In this document: piece by piece, positions 1-8,495 of the stretch
Numbering within the stretch: position 1 is the first letter of the stretch
Layout: each line of letters opens with the position of its first letter
Virus record (IMG/VR): IMGVR_UViG_3300037317_000025
Span: 11,347 to 75,346 of that record
DNA: 64,000 nt
From: a virus
Strand: one strand, 5' to 3'
Program-made: the position numbers and the translations under genes
Notes under the pieces: generated by a model
What the model was told of the DNA's origin: nothing
Databases searched by the model: none
What the model saw: only the letters and a program-made list of their open reading frames with translations

Positions 1-121
1 TCGGGTGCGTCTCGCGGAACACGAACCGTCCGTCCATAAGGCGCTGCGCGTGGAAGATAGCGCCGTGAAGATCGGGGAGCCACCGGCGGTCGTCAATCTG
101 GATTACTGCGTGTACGTGCAT
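1..121 (-). CDS. hypothetical early protein (5' part only, runs off window)
   Basis: ATG at 121 preceded by GAAAGGA SD and the same hairpin element seen before other early genes; frame open to the window edge. Confidence 0.5.
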   Translation of the reverse strand, partial: MHVHAVIQIDDRRWLPDLHGAIFHAQRLMDGRFVFRETHP

Positions 122-181
122 TGTCTCTGTCCTTTCGGTATCAGGGGCCGGGCGCGGTGCTCGGCCCCGCTTGTCGTTGTC

Positions 182-811
182 TCAGTCCTCATCCTTGAAC
201 AAGTCCGGGCGTTTCCGTGTGGCAAAACCAGGGAAAGCATTCTCGCGGGTAAGCTCTTCCTGGCGCGGTGGGAACAGTTCGTCCATTTCCGTCATTACCT
301 GCTCGCGGCTCTTGCGCGGCACTTCGACCACCCGGCCCTGCTGCTGCGCATAGGCAGCTTCCAGTTCCGCCAGTTTGCGCTGCTGATAGACAATCTTCTG
401 TTCAATCGCCGCCTTCTGTGCCTCATAGTCGCTGGCGGTCATCTGCGGCGCTTCGGGGGCGGCACTGGCGGGCTGCTCTCGCAGGGTCACACTCTTGCAG
501 GACAACGCCTGCTGTGCTTCGTACATCCGAACCACCAGGCGCTTCGCGGCTGCGTGGGCGCAGGGCTTGCCGTGGGCTGCCGCCTCGCACGAGCACTGGC
601 CGTTGACGGTGTAGCTACCCTTGCCGCTCTGCGAGGGGATGGTGGCCTCGCTGATGCTGCCGTCCGGCGCGAAGGCGACCTTCACACTGTCGATACCCTT
701 GAGGATGCCGAAGGCGCGGTCGAGGGCGCTGCGCCAGCGTGCGGGCATCTCGTTCTGTGCGGCCTGATTGTAGACTTCCGTGAGTTGCTTGAGGCTATAG
801 TCGAAGTACAT
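182..811 (-). CDS. SWIM zinc-finger domain protein
   Basis: YTVNGQCSCEAAAHGKPCAH = CxC-x8-CxH; SD GAAAGGA; downstream of consensus promoter. Confidence 0.7.
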   Translation of the reverse strand: MYFDYSLKQLTEVYNQAAQNEMPARWRSALDRAFGILKGIDSVKVAFAPDGSISEATIPSQSGKGSYTVNGQCSCEAAAHGKPCAHAAAKRLVVRMYEAQQALSCKSVTLREQPASAAPEAPQMTASDYEAQKAAIEQKIVYQQRKLAELEAAYAQQQGRVVEVPRKSREQVMTEMDELFPPRQEELTRENAFPGFATRKRPDLFKDED

Positions 812-851
812 CACGTTTTTCCTTTCTCTATCCGAATTCACTTATGTACTT

Positions 852-880
852 ATTATAGCACACTGACATTGCATTGTCAA
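852..880 (-). promoter_or_regulatory. early sigma70 promoter copy 1 (TTGACA-17-TATAAT, TGn extended -10)
   Basis: perfect consensus on the minus strand; one of six repeated copies. Confidence 0.9.
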
Positions 881-916
881 TAGGTTTATAAGGGAATCCG
901 GAGGGGATTTTTAGCC

Positions 917-1393
917 TTACCAGAGCGATGTTTGCACGGGCACTGTGCCGACAAGCTGACCAGCTCCGTGCTTGCTGCGAGTACACGTCGCATCCTCAAG
1001 CCAGCGCTGTGCTCGCAGGTTGCGCGCCCAGATGTTGACCAGTGTCAGGATGTCCCGCTGGGCGCGGGCGTTCCGGTGTGTGATCTCGCCGCGCTCGTTG
1101 ACCTTTGCACAGACCGTGTATGCGCCGACCGGGTGCTGCGTGCATTCAACGGGCGACCAGCCCTCGACCGTGGTGGTCGAGAAGACGATCTCAGGATCGT
1201 ACATCAGATCGCCATTTTGTACAAATGTGTGAGCCACCGCGACAATACCGGGTGCCAGCACTTCGATTCGGAGCCGCTGGAAGCCGTCCATATCAAACTG
1301 AAGATACGCGCCGGGGAGTGCCAGATCAACGCCTTCGCGCCGTGCCAACTGCTCAATTGCCTTCTTGAACGTCTTACTTGCTGCGATTGTCAT
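917..1393 (-). CDS. DUF6908-like phage/plasmid protein
   Basis: AHTFVQNGDLMYDPEIVF motif; SD GAAAGGA; C-terminal QTSLW. Confidence 0.65.
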   Translation of the reverse strand: MTIAASKTFKKAIEQLARREGVDLALPGAYLQFDMDGFQRLRIEVLAPGIVAVAHTFVQNGDLMYDPEIVFSTTTVEGWSPVECTQHPVGAYTVCAKVNERGEITHRNARAQRDILTLVNIWARNLRAQRWLEDATCTRSKHGAGQLVGTVPVQTSLW

Positions 1394-1440
1394 TGTGTTT
1401 CCTTTCGTTATCCGCCAATGGCTTCGTCTTATAGTATACA

Positions 1441-1572
1441 TGGTGGAGGCGGCGGGAGTCGAACCCGCGTCCCGAACGTTGGTGCCCTGGCGGGCTGGAG
1501 CGTTTCGCGGCTGGTTCTGTGCGCCTTCCCGCTACCGCGCTCCCCGTCGCCCGGTCGATACCGAGCGCCCCC
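1441..1572 (-). ncRNA. miniature tmRNA-like RNA (tRNA-like domain, 132 nt, no tag ORF)
   Basis: 5' GGGGGCG-CTC-GGTATCGAC and 3' GGAC-GCGGG-TTCGACT-CCCGC-CGCCTCC-ACCA; 7-bp acceptor stem with G3.U wobble, T-arm, encoded CCA, helix 2 CGGGCG/CGTTCG. Confidence 0.85.
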
Positions 1573-1589
1573 TTACGGCATGCGACGCA

Positions 1590-1802
1590 TCACCGCACTT
1601 TCTCAAAGAGCGCCACACACTCCAGTGGCGTCCATTCCGGCACACCGAAGAAGTACCAGCCGCCTCCTGCCAACGGGCGCATCTTGTCCACTTTCGCCCA
1701 GGTGCGGGTATCGCGGGGCATTGTCGTAACCTCCACAATCTTGACGTGTACCATGTCCGTCGCCCGCTCCATCGTGCCATCCGGGGTAATCTGCTCTGCC
1801 AT
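1590..1802 (-). CDS. hypothetical early protein
   Basis: ATG with SD GAAAGGA directly downstream of promoter copy 2. Confidence 0.6.
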   Translation of the reverse strand: MAEQITPDGTMERATDMVHVKIVEVTTMPRDTRTWAKVDKMRPLAGGGWYFFGVPEWTPLECVALFEKVR

Positions 1803-1843
1803 ATCGGTATGTCCTTTCTGTATCATCAATTCCTTATACACTT

Positions 1844-1872
1844 ATTCTAGCACACTGGTAACACGGTGTCAA
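1844..1872 (-). promoter_or_regulatory. early promoter copy 2 (TTGACA-17-TAGAAT)
   Basis: consensus spacing, conserved flanks. Confidence 0.85.
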
Positions 1873-1964
1873 TAAGTATACAAAGGAATTTTGAGGCAAT
1901 TTTGTCGATACCGATGGACTATTCCGGGCGGTCGTTCGCTGCTGTGACCACCCGGAAACGCTGG

Positions 1965-2273
1965 CTACTGAGAAATAATAAACCAGTCCCGTGGGGCCAC
2001 AACGCCAATATCCAGAACCTTCACCACCAGGCCGGTCGTGTCGCGTGTGTTTACATACCGATGATAATCACTGTTGACCGCAAGGCCGATCATCCCTGGT
2101 TGTTCCGTTCCCCAGGCCCAGAACGGACTCCGGCTCTTGTCGTGCCAGACCTGCCAGCCAGGTACGTGGTCAAAAGCGGCGGCCATAATCTCCCGGATAT
2201 ACACCGGTGCTTGCTCGGTCACACCAGTAACATAGCCTATCGGGGTCGTTATGCGCGGGCTTACCTGTTCCAT
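1965..2273 (-). CDS. hypothetical early protein
   Basis: ORF with SD AGAAAGGAA after a GC hairpin. Confidence 0.6.
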   Translation of the reverse strand: MEQVSPRITTPIGYVTGVTEQAPVYIREIMAAAFDHVPGWQVWHDKSRSPFWAWGTEQPGMIGLAVNSDYHRYVNTRDTTGLVVKVLDIGVVAPRDWFIISQ

Positions 2274-2334
2274 ATCGGTAGTTCCTTTCTGTCATCTGGG
2301 GCCGGATACCACACCCGGCCCCGCTTGCTTATCC

Positions 2335-2646
2335 CTAGCCGATCATCCCTGTTACGTAGTCCAGTGCCGCCTGTGCTGTGTCGAAAGCACCCGCGTGTGT
2401 GTCGCGGTGTTCGGGCGGGTCGTAGTAGCTCAGGCTGCCGATGAGCTGCCAGTGGGTGACGTGCCAGTCGCCGTCCTCCACCAATTCGTAGTAGTCCCGG
2501 CCTGCACCGCGCTCATAGATGACCAGCACATCGCCGTCAACCTCGCAATCCAGACCCATCTCACCAGCGGCAGCACGGGCGGTTTCCACCGGGTCGGTAT
2601 CGCCCTCTTCGGGTGTATCCAATATAACCTGTGTGCGCGTTTCCAT
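2335..2646 (-). CDS. hypothetical acidic early protein
   Basis: ORF with SD GAAAGGA downstream of promoter copy 3. Confidence 0.65.
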   Translation of the reverse strand: METRTQVILDTPEEGDTDPVETARAAAGEMGLDCEVDGDVLVIYERGAGRDYYELVEDGDWHVTHWQLIGSLSYYDPPEHRDTHAGAFDTAQAALDYVTGMIG

Positions 2647-2689
2647 TGCCTCGTGTTTCCTTTCGGTATCACTAATTTCTTATGTTCTT

Positions 2690-2718
2690 ATTCTAGCACA
2701 CTGGTATGGTAATGTCAA
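2690..2718 (-). promoter_or_regulatory. early promoter copy 3 (TTGACA-17-TAGAAT)
   Basis: consensus spacing; about 60 bp identical to copy 5. Confidence 0.85.
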
Positions 2719-2809
2719 TAGGTTTGTGAAGGAATTTTGAGGCAATTTTGTGGCATATCAAAGCCCCTGGCCGGGTACCAGGGGCGCGGACGGGCGGGCG
2801 GTTGCACCA

Positions 2810-3562
2810 CTATATCCATTCGTAGCGCGAGTCGAAGTAGGCGACCGTTTGCCCGGTCGTGCTCGCGTCCGCGTGAATCCAGTAGAACTTATCACCCTTA
2901 AAGCTCATCTCGGCAAGAGCGACCCATTCGTCCAGGTCGCGCCCGCTCAGGCGATCTTGATCCAGATAGGCACGAACAAAGCTCTCCAGTGAATCGGCCT
3001 CGACCCGGCATGCCCAGAGCCACGCCCGCCCGTGTTCGTCCCGTTCCAGGCAGCGATACGGAACGGCGGGTTCCACATATACATACGCGACGACGTGCTC
3101 ATCATTGTGCAGGCTGTAGCCAGCGCAGGTGTCCAACAGCACGGCGGTCGTGTCGCTGGCAAACAACCGCAGGATGCCGTTCATCTCTTGCTGGCTGGCA
3201 ACGGCGAACGATGCGGGGTCGTGGTGATACGCCGCCGCACCCTTGTCGCGCAGCCAGGTAAACCGCCGATAGGTAGCGACATCTACTCGCGTGTACCCAG
3301 GGCGCGGGCCTGTTGCCAGCGCCGTGTGACCGCTCATGTAGTTTATCAGGTGCCAGGTTTTATGGTCGTACATGCTTATTGTCGGCGCATCCGGCTCCGG
3401 GTCACTAAACATATCCACCGTGGGCGCGTCCGGCTTCGGATTGACTTCGGGCATGAACGGGCTGTCGCTGCCCGTTGCGGGCGTGCCACTGAACAGGGGC
3501 AGGTCGTCCGTGCCGAACATAGTTCCGGCTGCCAGGGCTTGCTTTTGCTTCTTGCGTGTCAT
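2810..3562 (-). CDS. hypothetical early protein
   Basis: 250-aa ORF with SD and hairpin element. Confidence 0.65.
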   Translation of the reverse strand: MTRKKQKQALAAGTMFGTDDLPLFSGTPATGSDSPFMPEVNPKPDAPTVDMFSDPEPDAPTISMYDHKTWHLINYMSGHTALATGPRPGYTRVDVATYRRFTWLRDKGAAAYHHDPASFAVASQQEMNGILRLFASDTTAVLLDTCAGYSLHNDEHVVAYVYVEPAVPYRCLERDEHGRAWLWACRVEADSLESFVRAYLDQDRLSGRDLDEWVALAEMSFKGDKFYWIHADASTTGQTVAYFDSRYEWI

Positions 3563-3621
3563 CTCTCGTGGTTCCTTTCTGGTATCCGAGGGCGGGCGCG
3601 GTGCCCGCCTCGCTTGTCGCT
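3563..3621 (-). repeat. intergenic hairpin-SD element (near-identical copy at 4035-4094; related copies at 128-178 and 2282-2327)
   Basis: CGACAAGCG-AGGCGGGCACCGCGCCCGCCCTCG-GATACC-AGAAAGGAA-N-ATG on the minus strand. Confidence 0.85.
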
Positions 3622-3626
3622 GCCGA

Positions 3627-4034
3627 TTATTCCAACCCTACCCGCTCGCCGCCGATCTCGCTATCATAAACCTCCCAGCGACAGCCCTGGTTGAATGCCG
3701 AAACCAGTTCGTCATAGTAGGCCGGGTCTTCCTGGTAATAACTCACCTGCGGGCACGCCACCAGCGCCGGGTTATCGCGGTCAATCCAGCCCGTGCTATC
3801 GCGCACCACGGTGATCGCTGCGCCACCGTGCCGATAGATAGCGCGATGAAAAGCAGATGGCGGTTCGACCCAGGTGAAAGGTGCCACCTGTACCTTGCGC
3901 GGCTTGCCAGCGCTGTGGCGGGTGCGCTTCGTTGACCCCTTGACCGTTCGCTCGCTGCTGGGCAGGAATTGCCCGCCGTCGTAGTGCTCTCCGTTCTTGC
4001 CTGTGGTGCCGCCCCTGGGTGCTCGTGTAGTCAT
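3627..4034 (-). CDS. hypothetical phage protein
   Basis: N-terminal RAPRGGTTGKNGEHYDGGQFLP, a motif I recall from phage early proteins; SD present. Confidence 0.65.
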   Translation of the reverse strand: MTTRAPRGGTTGKNGEHYDGGQFLPSSERTVKGSTKRTRHSAGKPRKVQVAPFTWVEPPSAFHRAIYRHGGAAITVVRDSTGWIDRDNPALVACPQVSYYQEDPAYYDELVSAFNQGCRWEVYDSEIGGERVGLE

Positions 4035-4101
4035 CTCTCGTGTTTCCTTTCTGGTATCCGAGGGCGGGCGCGGTGCCCGCCCTCGCTTGTCGCTACTTAC
4101 A

Positions 4102-4284
4102 CTACCGACCGAGCAATCGGGCGTACTTCTCTGTGGCGGCCTGCATAATAGCAGATATCAGAGCTTTCCTGTCCTGGTTCGTGTCGATACCATACACTGC
4201 GGCGCGCTGGCGAAGCTCCTCATCAGACAATTCCTTCAATCCGAACGTTTCCTGGTGGTGAGCAATCTGAATAGCTTCAAACAT
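4102..4284 (-). CDS. small hypothetical protein
   Basis: SD GAAAGGA downstream of promoter copy 4. Confidence 0.55.
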   Translation of the reverse strand: MFEAIQIAHHQETFGLKELSDEELRQRAAVYGIDTNQDRKALISAIMQAATEKYARLLGR

Positions 4285-4325
4285 TGTCGTGTGTCCTTTC
4301 TGTATCATCAATTCCTTATGTATCT

Positions 4326-4354
4326 ATTATAGCACACTGACATTATAATGTCAA
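4326..4354 (-). promoter_or_regulatory. early promoter copy 4 (TTGACA-17-TATAAT) containing the perfect palindrome TGACATTATAATGTCA
   Basis: consensus; palindrome at 4338-4353. Confidence 0.9.
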
Positions 4355-4404
4355 TAGGTATACCAGGGAATTTTGAGGCAATTTTGCCGACGCAACGCGC
4401 TATT

Positions 4405-4863
4405 TTAGAACAGCGATAATTGTTCTACCACGGGCGCGGGCGCGGCGCTGGTACCTTTCGGGGCACTGCCAGGGTACAGGTGCTCGACCGTTGCGCCCAG
4501 CGCGTCTGCCAGGTCGTGCGCGGCAGTCGTGCGGTGGCAGGTGTGGTGATCACGGCAGCCGCACAGCAGCACCACGGGGCGCTCGGCGAGGATGGGAGCC
4601 AGCGCCGCAACGCCTGCCTGGGCATTGACCAGCTTGATCGGCCCGCCGTTCTTGTAGTTCTCGTTGCCGAGCGCCTTCAGGTGCCGGTAGCTGCCAGCGC
4701 CGACCAGCTTTGCCAGGTTGCCGCCCGCCCATTGCGGCTGGCGCGAGCGGGGACTGAAGCGCACGTCTACCAGTATTGCGCCGAGGGCGTGGATCGTGTC
4801 GCGGAGTTGCTCTGGTTTCCAACCGCTATAGCCAATGGTGTAAATCGTGTGTGTCGTGTGCAT
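4405..4863 (-). CDS. DUF488 family protein
   Basis: IYTIGYSG, LVDVRFSPRSR, LLCGCRDHHTCHR motifs; C-terminal QLSLF. Confidence 0.8.
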   Translation of the reverse strand: MHTTHTIYTIGYSGWKPEQLRDTIHALGAILVDVRFSPRSRQPQWAGGNLAKLVGAGSYRHLKALGNENYKNGGPIKLVNAQAGVAALAPILAERPVVLLCGCRDHHTCHRTTAAHDLADALGATVEHLYPGSAPKGTSAAPAPVVEQLSLF

Positions 4864-4919
4864 TGTCGCTATCCTTTCCTGTGGGCGACCCAGACCAGCC
4901 AGGTCGCCCGGTTCGTTGC

Positions 4920-5138
4920 TTAGTGGTAACACTTACCGTATCGTTTACTATGACCCGCCTGCGAGGCCGTGACGTGCGCTTGCTGGCAATTCGGGCAGAC
5001 AACCAGATGGGTGCGGGGCGCGGGGCGGGCGGCTTCGCGCTGGCGGTCGATCTCAATCTGTGCGAACATCGGAAGGTCAAGCAGGTTGTGCCCACCGCCG
5101 TCTACCTTCACGCCTGCCCGCTCAAACATATCATTCAT
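4920..5138 (-). CDS. small hypothetical protein (CxxC)
   Basis: SD GAAGGGA downstream of promoter copy 5. Confidence 0.5.
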   Translation of the reverse strand: MNDMFERAGVKVDGGGHNLLDLPMFAQIEIDRQREAARPAPRTHLVVCPNCQQAHVTASQAGHSKRYGKCYH

Positions 5139-5177
5139 CGTTCTGTCCCTTCCGTATCACTAATTTCTTATGTTCTT

Positions 5178-5206
5178 ATTCTAGCACACTGGTATGGTAA
5201 TGTCAA
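5178..5206 (-). promoter_or_regulatory. early promoter copy 5 (TTGACA-17-TAGAAT)
   Basis: consensus spacing. Confidence 0.85.
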
Positions 5207-5256
5207 TAGGTTTATAAGGGAATTTTGCAAGGAATTTGCCGCCACAAAAGGCAATT

Positions 5257-5290
5257 CGCGCCCCTGGTGTCAGGTTGCACCAGGGGCGCG
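5257..5290 (-). terminator. 13-bp GC hairpin after parB-like gene
   Basis: CGCGCCCCTGGTG / CACCAGGGGCGCG directly after the stop codon. Confidence 0.6.
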
Positions 5291-5295
5291 GGCGG

Positions 5296-6159
5296 CTACA
5301 TCGCTGCGTAATTCGCCTTGACCAGTTCGTCTAGTAAGGTGCTGACTGCGAGTGCCTCATCGCCAAGACCAGCGTCCTCTAACTGCTGCATATAGGCCAG
5401 CAATACCTTTGCAGTGCCGCCCTGCTTCACTTCCATGCTGGGCATTTTGCCGTTGCGGCGCAACCCGGTTGCGCGCTGCGTGCGCTTGCCCTTGCTCTCC
5501 AGTTCCGCCACTTTCTCGCGGCTATAGGCTTCCAGGTCAAACATTGCGGGCTGATCCTGGATAGCCTGCAATTCGCCGACCATCGCCCGAAACTTGCGCA
5601 GCGGCGGCATTCCGGCGGTATCGTTCAAAATCTTCACCGCCTGAGTCTGATAGTATTCCGACAGCCCGGTCATTGCTTCCGCGTGGCCGATAGGCAGCGC
5701 GCCGCTCGTAACCATCTTGCGCACGTCGTCAACCAGCGCCAGCAGGCCGACACGCTTCTGGACATACTCTTTACTCTTGCCCGTCGCTTCTGCAATCTCT
5801 GCCGCGCTCATGCCGAAGCGCTCAATACGCTCCTGGTACGCTGCCGCCTCTGCCATCGGGTCAAGGTCAACCCGGTTCACGTTCTCAACCAGCATAATGG
5901 TGCTGGCCGCTTTGTCGTCCAGTTCCCGCACGATGGCCGGTATCTCTGTCCATCCGAGCACGTCCCGGCAGGCGCGGGTGCGGCGTTCGCCAGCGACAAT
6001 CTCCAGACGACCGTCGGGCAGCGGACGGTACGTGGGCGGCTGTGCAAGGCCGTCGCGCTGAATGCTTGCGGCTAGTTCCTCAAGTTCCTGCTGATCGAAT
6101 GCCCGACGGTCGTTGTTGCCTGCGATGACCTGTGAGAGTTTGACGTTCGTGATTTCCAT
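5296..6159 (-). CDS. ParB/RepB/Spo0J family protein
   Basis: ELAASIQRDGLAQP, IVAGERRTRA, LVENVNRVDL followed by an HTH. Confidence 0.9.
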   Translation of the reverse strand: MEITNVKLSQVIAGNNDRRAFDQQELEELAASIQRDGLAQPPTYRPLPDGRLEIVAGERRTRACRDVLGWTEIPAIVRELDDKAASTIMLVENVNRVDLDPMAEAAAYQERIERFGMSAAEIAEATGKSKEYVQKRVGLLALVDDVRKMVTSGALPIGHAEAMTGLSEYYQTQAVKILNDTAGMPPLRKFRAMVGELQAIQDQPAMFDLEAYSREKVAELESKGKRTQRATGLRRNGKMPSMEVKQGGTAKVLLAYMQQLEDAGLGDEALAVSTLLDELVKANYAAM

Positions 6160-6200
6160 ACCAGTGTTTCCTTTCTGTAATCCTTTATCCTTATGTACTT

Positions 6201-6229
6201 ATTATAGCACACTGGTATGGTGATGTCAA
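6201..6229 (-). promoter_or_regulatory. early promoter copy 6 (TTGACA-17-TATAAT)
   Basis: perfect consensus. Confidence 0.9.
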
Positions 6230-6279
6230 TAGGTTTTGAGGGCAATTTGAGGCGATTTTGCCGATTGTGCCGCGCTATC

Positions 6280-7059
6280 TCAGGTGTCGCTCGTATGTTC
6301 TTTACCCGAATCGGCGCAATCGTTCAGGTACGCCAGCGCCAGCCGTGCCATCTGCGCAACAGCGGTGGCCGGGGCGACAATCTCGCAATCCTTACGCACC
6401 CGCGCCAGGGCTTCCCGGAACAGGTCAAAATCTTGCCGATGCGCGACATACACGGTGTCTGCCTCTGCGTCGGGCAATGCCGCCAGCGCGTCGTCAACGG
6501 TCTGGGCTTGTGTTTCCAGGAACACGAACAGCAGCGCCCGTGTCTGGAATTCGACATCGGGCGGCTTCACGCTGACAGGCTTGAGCTTCTGGTCAAGTTC
6601 GCGGGGATCAATGAACGACTCGAAGCGTGCCGAGATGTCGTCAATCTCTTGCCAGATGCGCTTGACCAGTGCCGGGTCGCTCTGGCCGACAATGCTGTTA
6701 TGTGCCAGTTGCTTGGACTTTACCCGCGCTCGTGGCAGGCCGTGATAACAGAGACACAGGATCGCCTGCATACCCGCAGCGCGAGCGGCGCGGACGCGGT
6801 GGTGGCCGCTGATGATCTCGTAGCGCTCATCGTTCCCCCGCGCAACCAGTGGTACGCTCTCTGGCGCGCCCGCCTCTTTGATGTTGTCTGCCAACTGGTC
6901 AAACATCTTTTGCGGCATGCTTTGCGCGTTCACGTCCTGCTCGCGCAGCAGGTCGAGCGACACCCAGGCCAGCGACAGGCTCTCCGGCAGGATGTCCCGA
7001 CTGATCGCCGCCAGTCGCTCGTTTATGCCCTGGTCTGCGGTGCCCATTTCTTGAGCCAT
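6280..7059 (-). CDS. ParB-like N-terminal domain protein
   Basis: NAQSM...LADNIKEAG, YEIISGHHRVRAA, QLAHNSIVG. Confidence 0.8.
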   Translation of the reverse strand: MAQEMGTADQGINERLAAISRDILPESLSLAWVSLDLLREQDVNAQSMPQKMFDQLADNIKEAGAPESVPLVARGNDERYEIISGHHRVRAARAAGMQAILCLCYHGLPRARVKSKQLAHNSIVGQSDPALVKRIWQEIDDISARFESFIDPRELDQKLKPVSVKPPDVEFQTRALLFVFLETQAQTVDDALAALPDAEADTVYVAHRQDFDLFREALARVRKDCEIVAPATAVAQMARLALAYLNDCADSGKEHTSDT

Positions 7060-8450
7060 ATGCCGATTGTCTCCTCTCGTGTACGGGCGACAATTGCCGC
7101 GCTATACGATAACTTGTAGCCACCTGTCTTCTGCGGTTCACGTCGGTCTAGCTTCAGAATGCCGCGTGCGGTCTTGTTCTCCGGGTGCTCAGTGAGCATC
7201 GTGGTTTGCACGTTTTCGGGCGCACCGCAGGCGACATACCACTGCTCATGGCCGAATGCATCCTGCCAGAACCAGGCCGATACCACCGATAGCAGGGTCA
7301 ACTTGTGCAGGCGGGCATAGGCTGGGTGCGGCACGCTGAAGGCAAAGGTCATATTCGCAGCATCCTTGTTGGCATGCTGGTGTGTTCCGCCGCCAGTTAT
7401 CAAAGTTTTCAGATGGGTGCCGACAATCGCCAGCAGCGCGCCGTCCAGGAACAGCCCGACATAGCGCTCGGTGCCGCTACTGTCGATTTTGTGAATGAAC
7501 AGATCGCGGTAATAGTCGCCGGTTTCCTTCTTGATCTGCTGCGCAACCAGCAGGCTGTCCGGCTGCACGGTGCCGTCAAACAGCGGGTACACGCCTTTCC
7601 CGGACACCATCCGGGCGCGGTTAATCGTGGCGGGCAACGGGGCGCGATTGGCGATAATCCAGTTGACCGCAGCCCGACGCAGGCTGCCGGGGCGATCTGC
7701 GAACACAGCCCGCCACGGGTCGCCCCAGAGCGGCGTGGGGTCTTCGCCGGGGGTGGCATAGTACATCAGCGTGTGCGCGGGGCTCCTGCCGAGCAGTTCC
7801 ATCAGGCGTTCGTAGTCCGACTCGTCAAACTGCGCCGCGTCCGGTTCGTCCCAGGTGAATATCTGGTCAATGCCTTTGAACATGCGCTGATAACCCTTGC
7901 TGTAGCGCGGCGGGTTTGCCAGGATCAGCGTGTCCGGATCGTGGCGGTGGGTTTCGAGGGTGTCCCACATATCGCGGGGGTGGTAGGTAAGACCGCCGAG
8001 GGTCTGGGCAACCGCCTGCACGCGCTCGTGCAGTTGGTTCAGATAGCGATCGGCGTTGCAGAGCAGTTCGGTGCGATGATCGGCTTTGTGCTGCTTGTCG
8101 CCGTCGTACTGACACACGCGGATCGCATACAACACGGCAACCGCTTTGCGCATGGGGGTGTCAAGCCAGGCCGCGACCGCGTGGCCGATGTCGCCCGCGT
8201 GCTCGGTCAGGGCAAGCCGCCAGTCGGTGCCCTGGATCGCGTTGCCGAGGGCAGTGCTGTAGATTGAGATGTCGCCGCAGACAATGGCCGAGGGCGGGAT
8301 GCCCGCCTGCACGGCAACGTGTGCCAGGGAAAAGCTGCCCGTGCAAGGGATGACCACCAGGCGCGGCGCGGTGGCCTGGATAACGTCTGCGGTGTAGGCG
8401 CGAGTCGGGCCGCGTGGGATGCCTTTGAATAAAATATCGGGTGCCGCCAT
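7023..8450 (-). CDS. putative adenine methyltransferase-like protein with GNAT-like C-terminal domain (DNA modification/antirestriction)
   Basis: IPCTGSF (motif I-like), GDISIYS, ILANPPRY (motif IV-like); C-terminal YARLHKL...TTM...RGILKL; coupled to the ParB-like gene. Confidence 0.55.
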   Translation of the reverse strand: MAAPDILFKGIPRGPTRAYTADVIQATAPRLVVIPCTGSFSLAHVAVQAGIPPSAIVCGDISIYSTALGNAIQGTDWRLALTEHAGDIGHAVAAWLDTPMRKAVAVLYAIRVCQYDGDKQHKADHRTELLCNADRYLNQLHERVQAVAQTLGGLTYHPRDMWDTLETHRHDPDTLILANPPRYSKGYQRMFKGIDQIFTWDEPDAAQFDESDYERLMELLGRSPAHTLMYYATPGEDPTPLWGDPWRAVFADRPGSLRRAAVNWIIANRAPLPATINRARMVSGKGVYPLFDGTVQPDSLLVAQQIKKETGDYYRDLFIHKIDSSGTERYVGLFLDGALLAIVGTHLKTLITGGGTHQHANKDAANMTFAFSVPHPAYARLHKLTLLSVVSAWFWQDAFGHEQWYVACGAPENVQTTMLTEHPENKTARGILKLDRREPQKTGGYKLSYSAAIVARTREETIGIWLKKWAPQTRA

Positions 8451-8495
8451 AAGGTTGTGTGGACCAGCCCGCCGGAGTTGCACCGGCTCTCTCAA

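Noticed and set aside
1441-1472. attP/attR fragment of a host tmRNA gene
   Set aside because: The matching 5' end is present and pairs perfectly with the 3' end, the element lies inside an early transcription unit, and no integrase is visible nearby. A secondary att role cannot be fully excluded.
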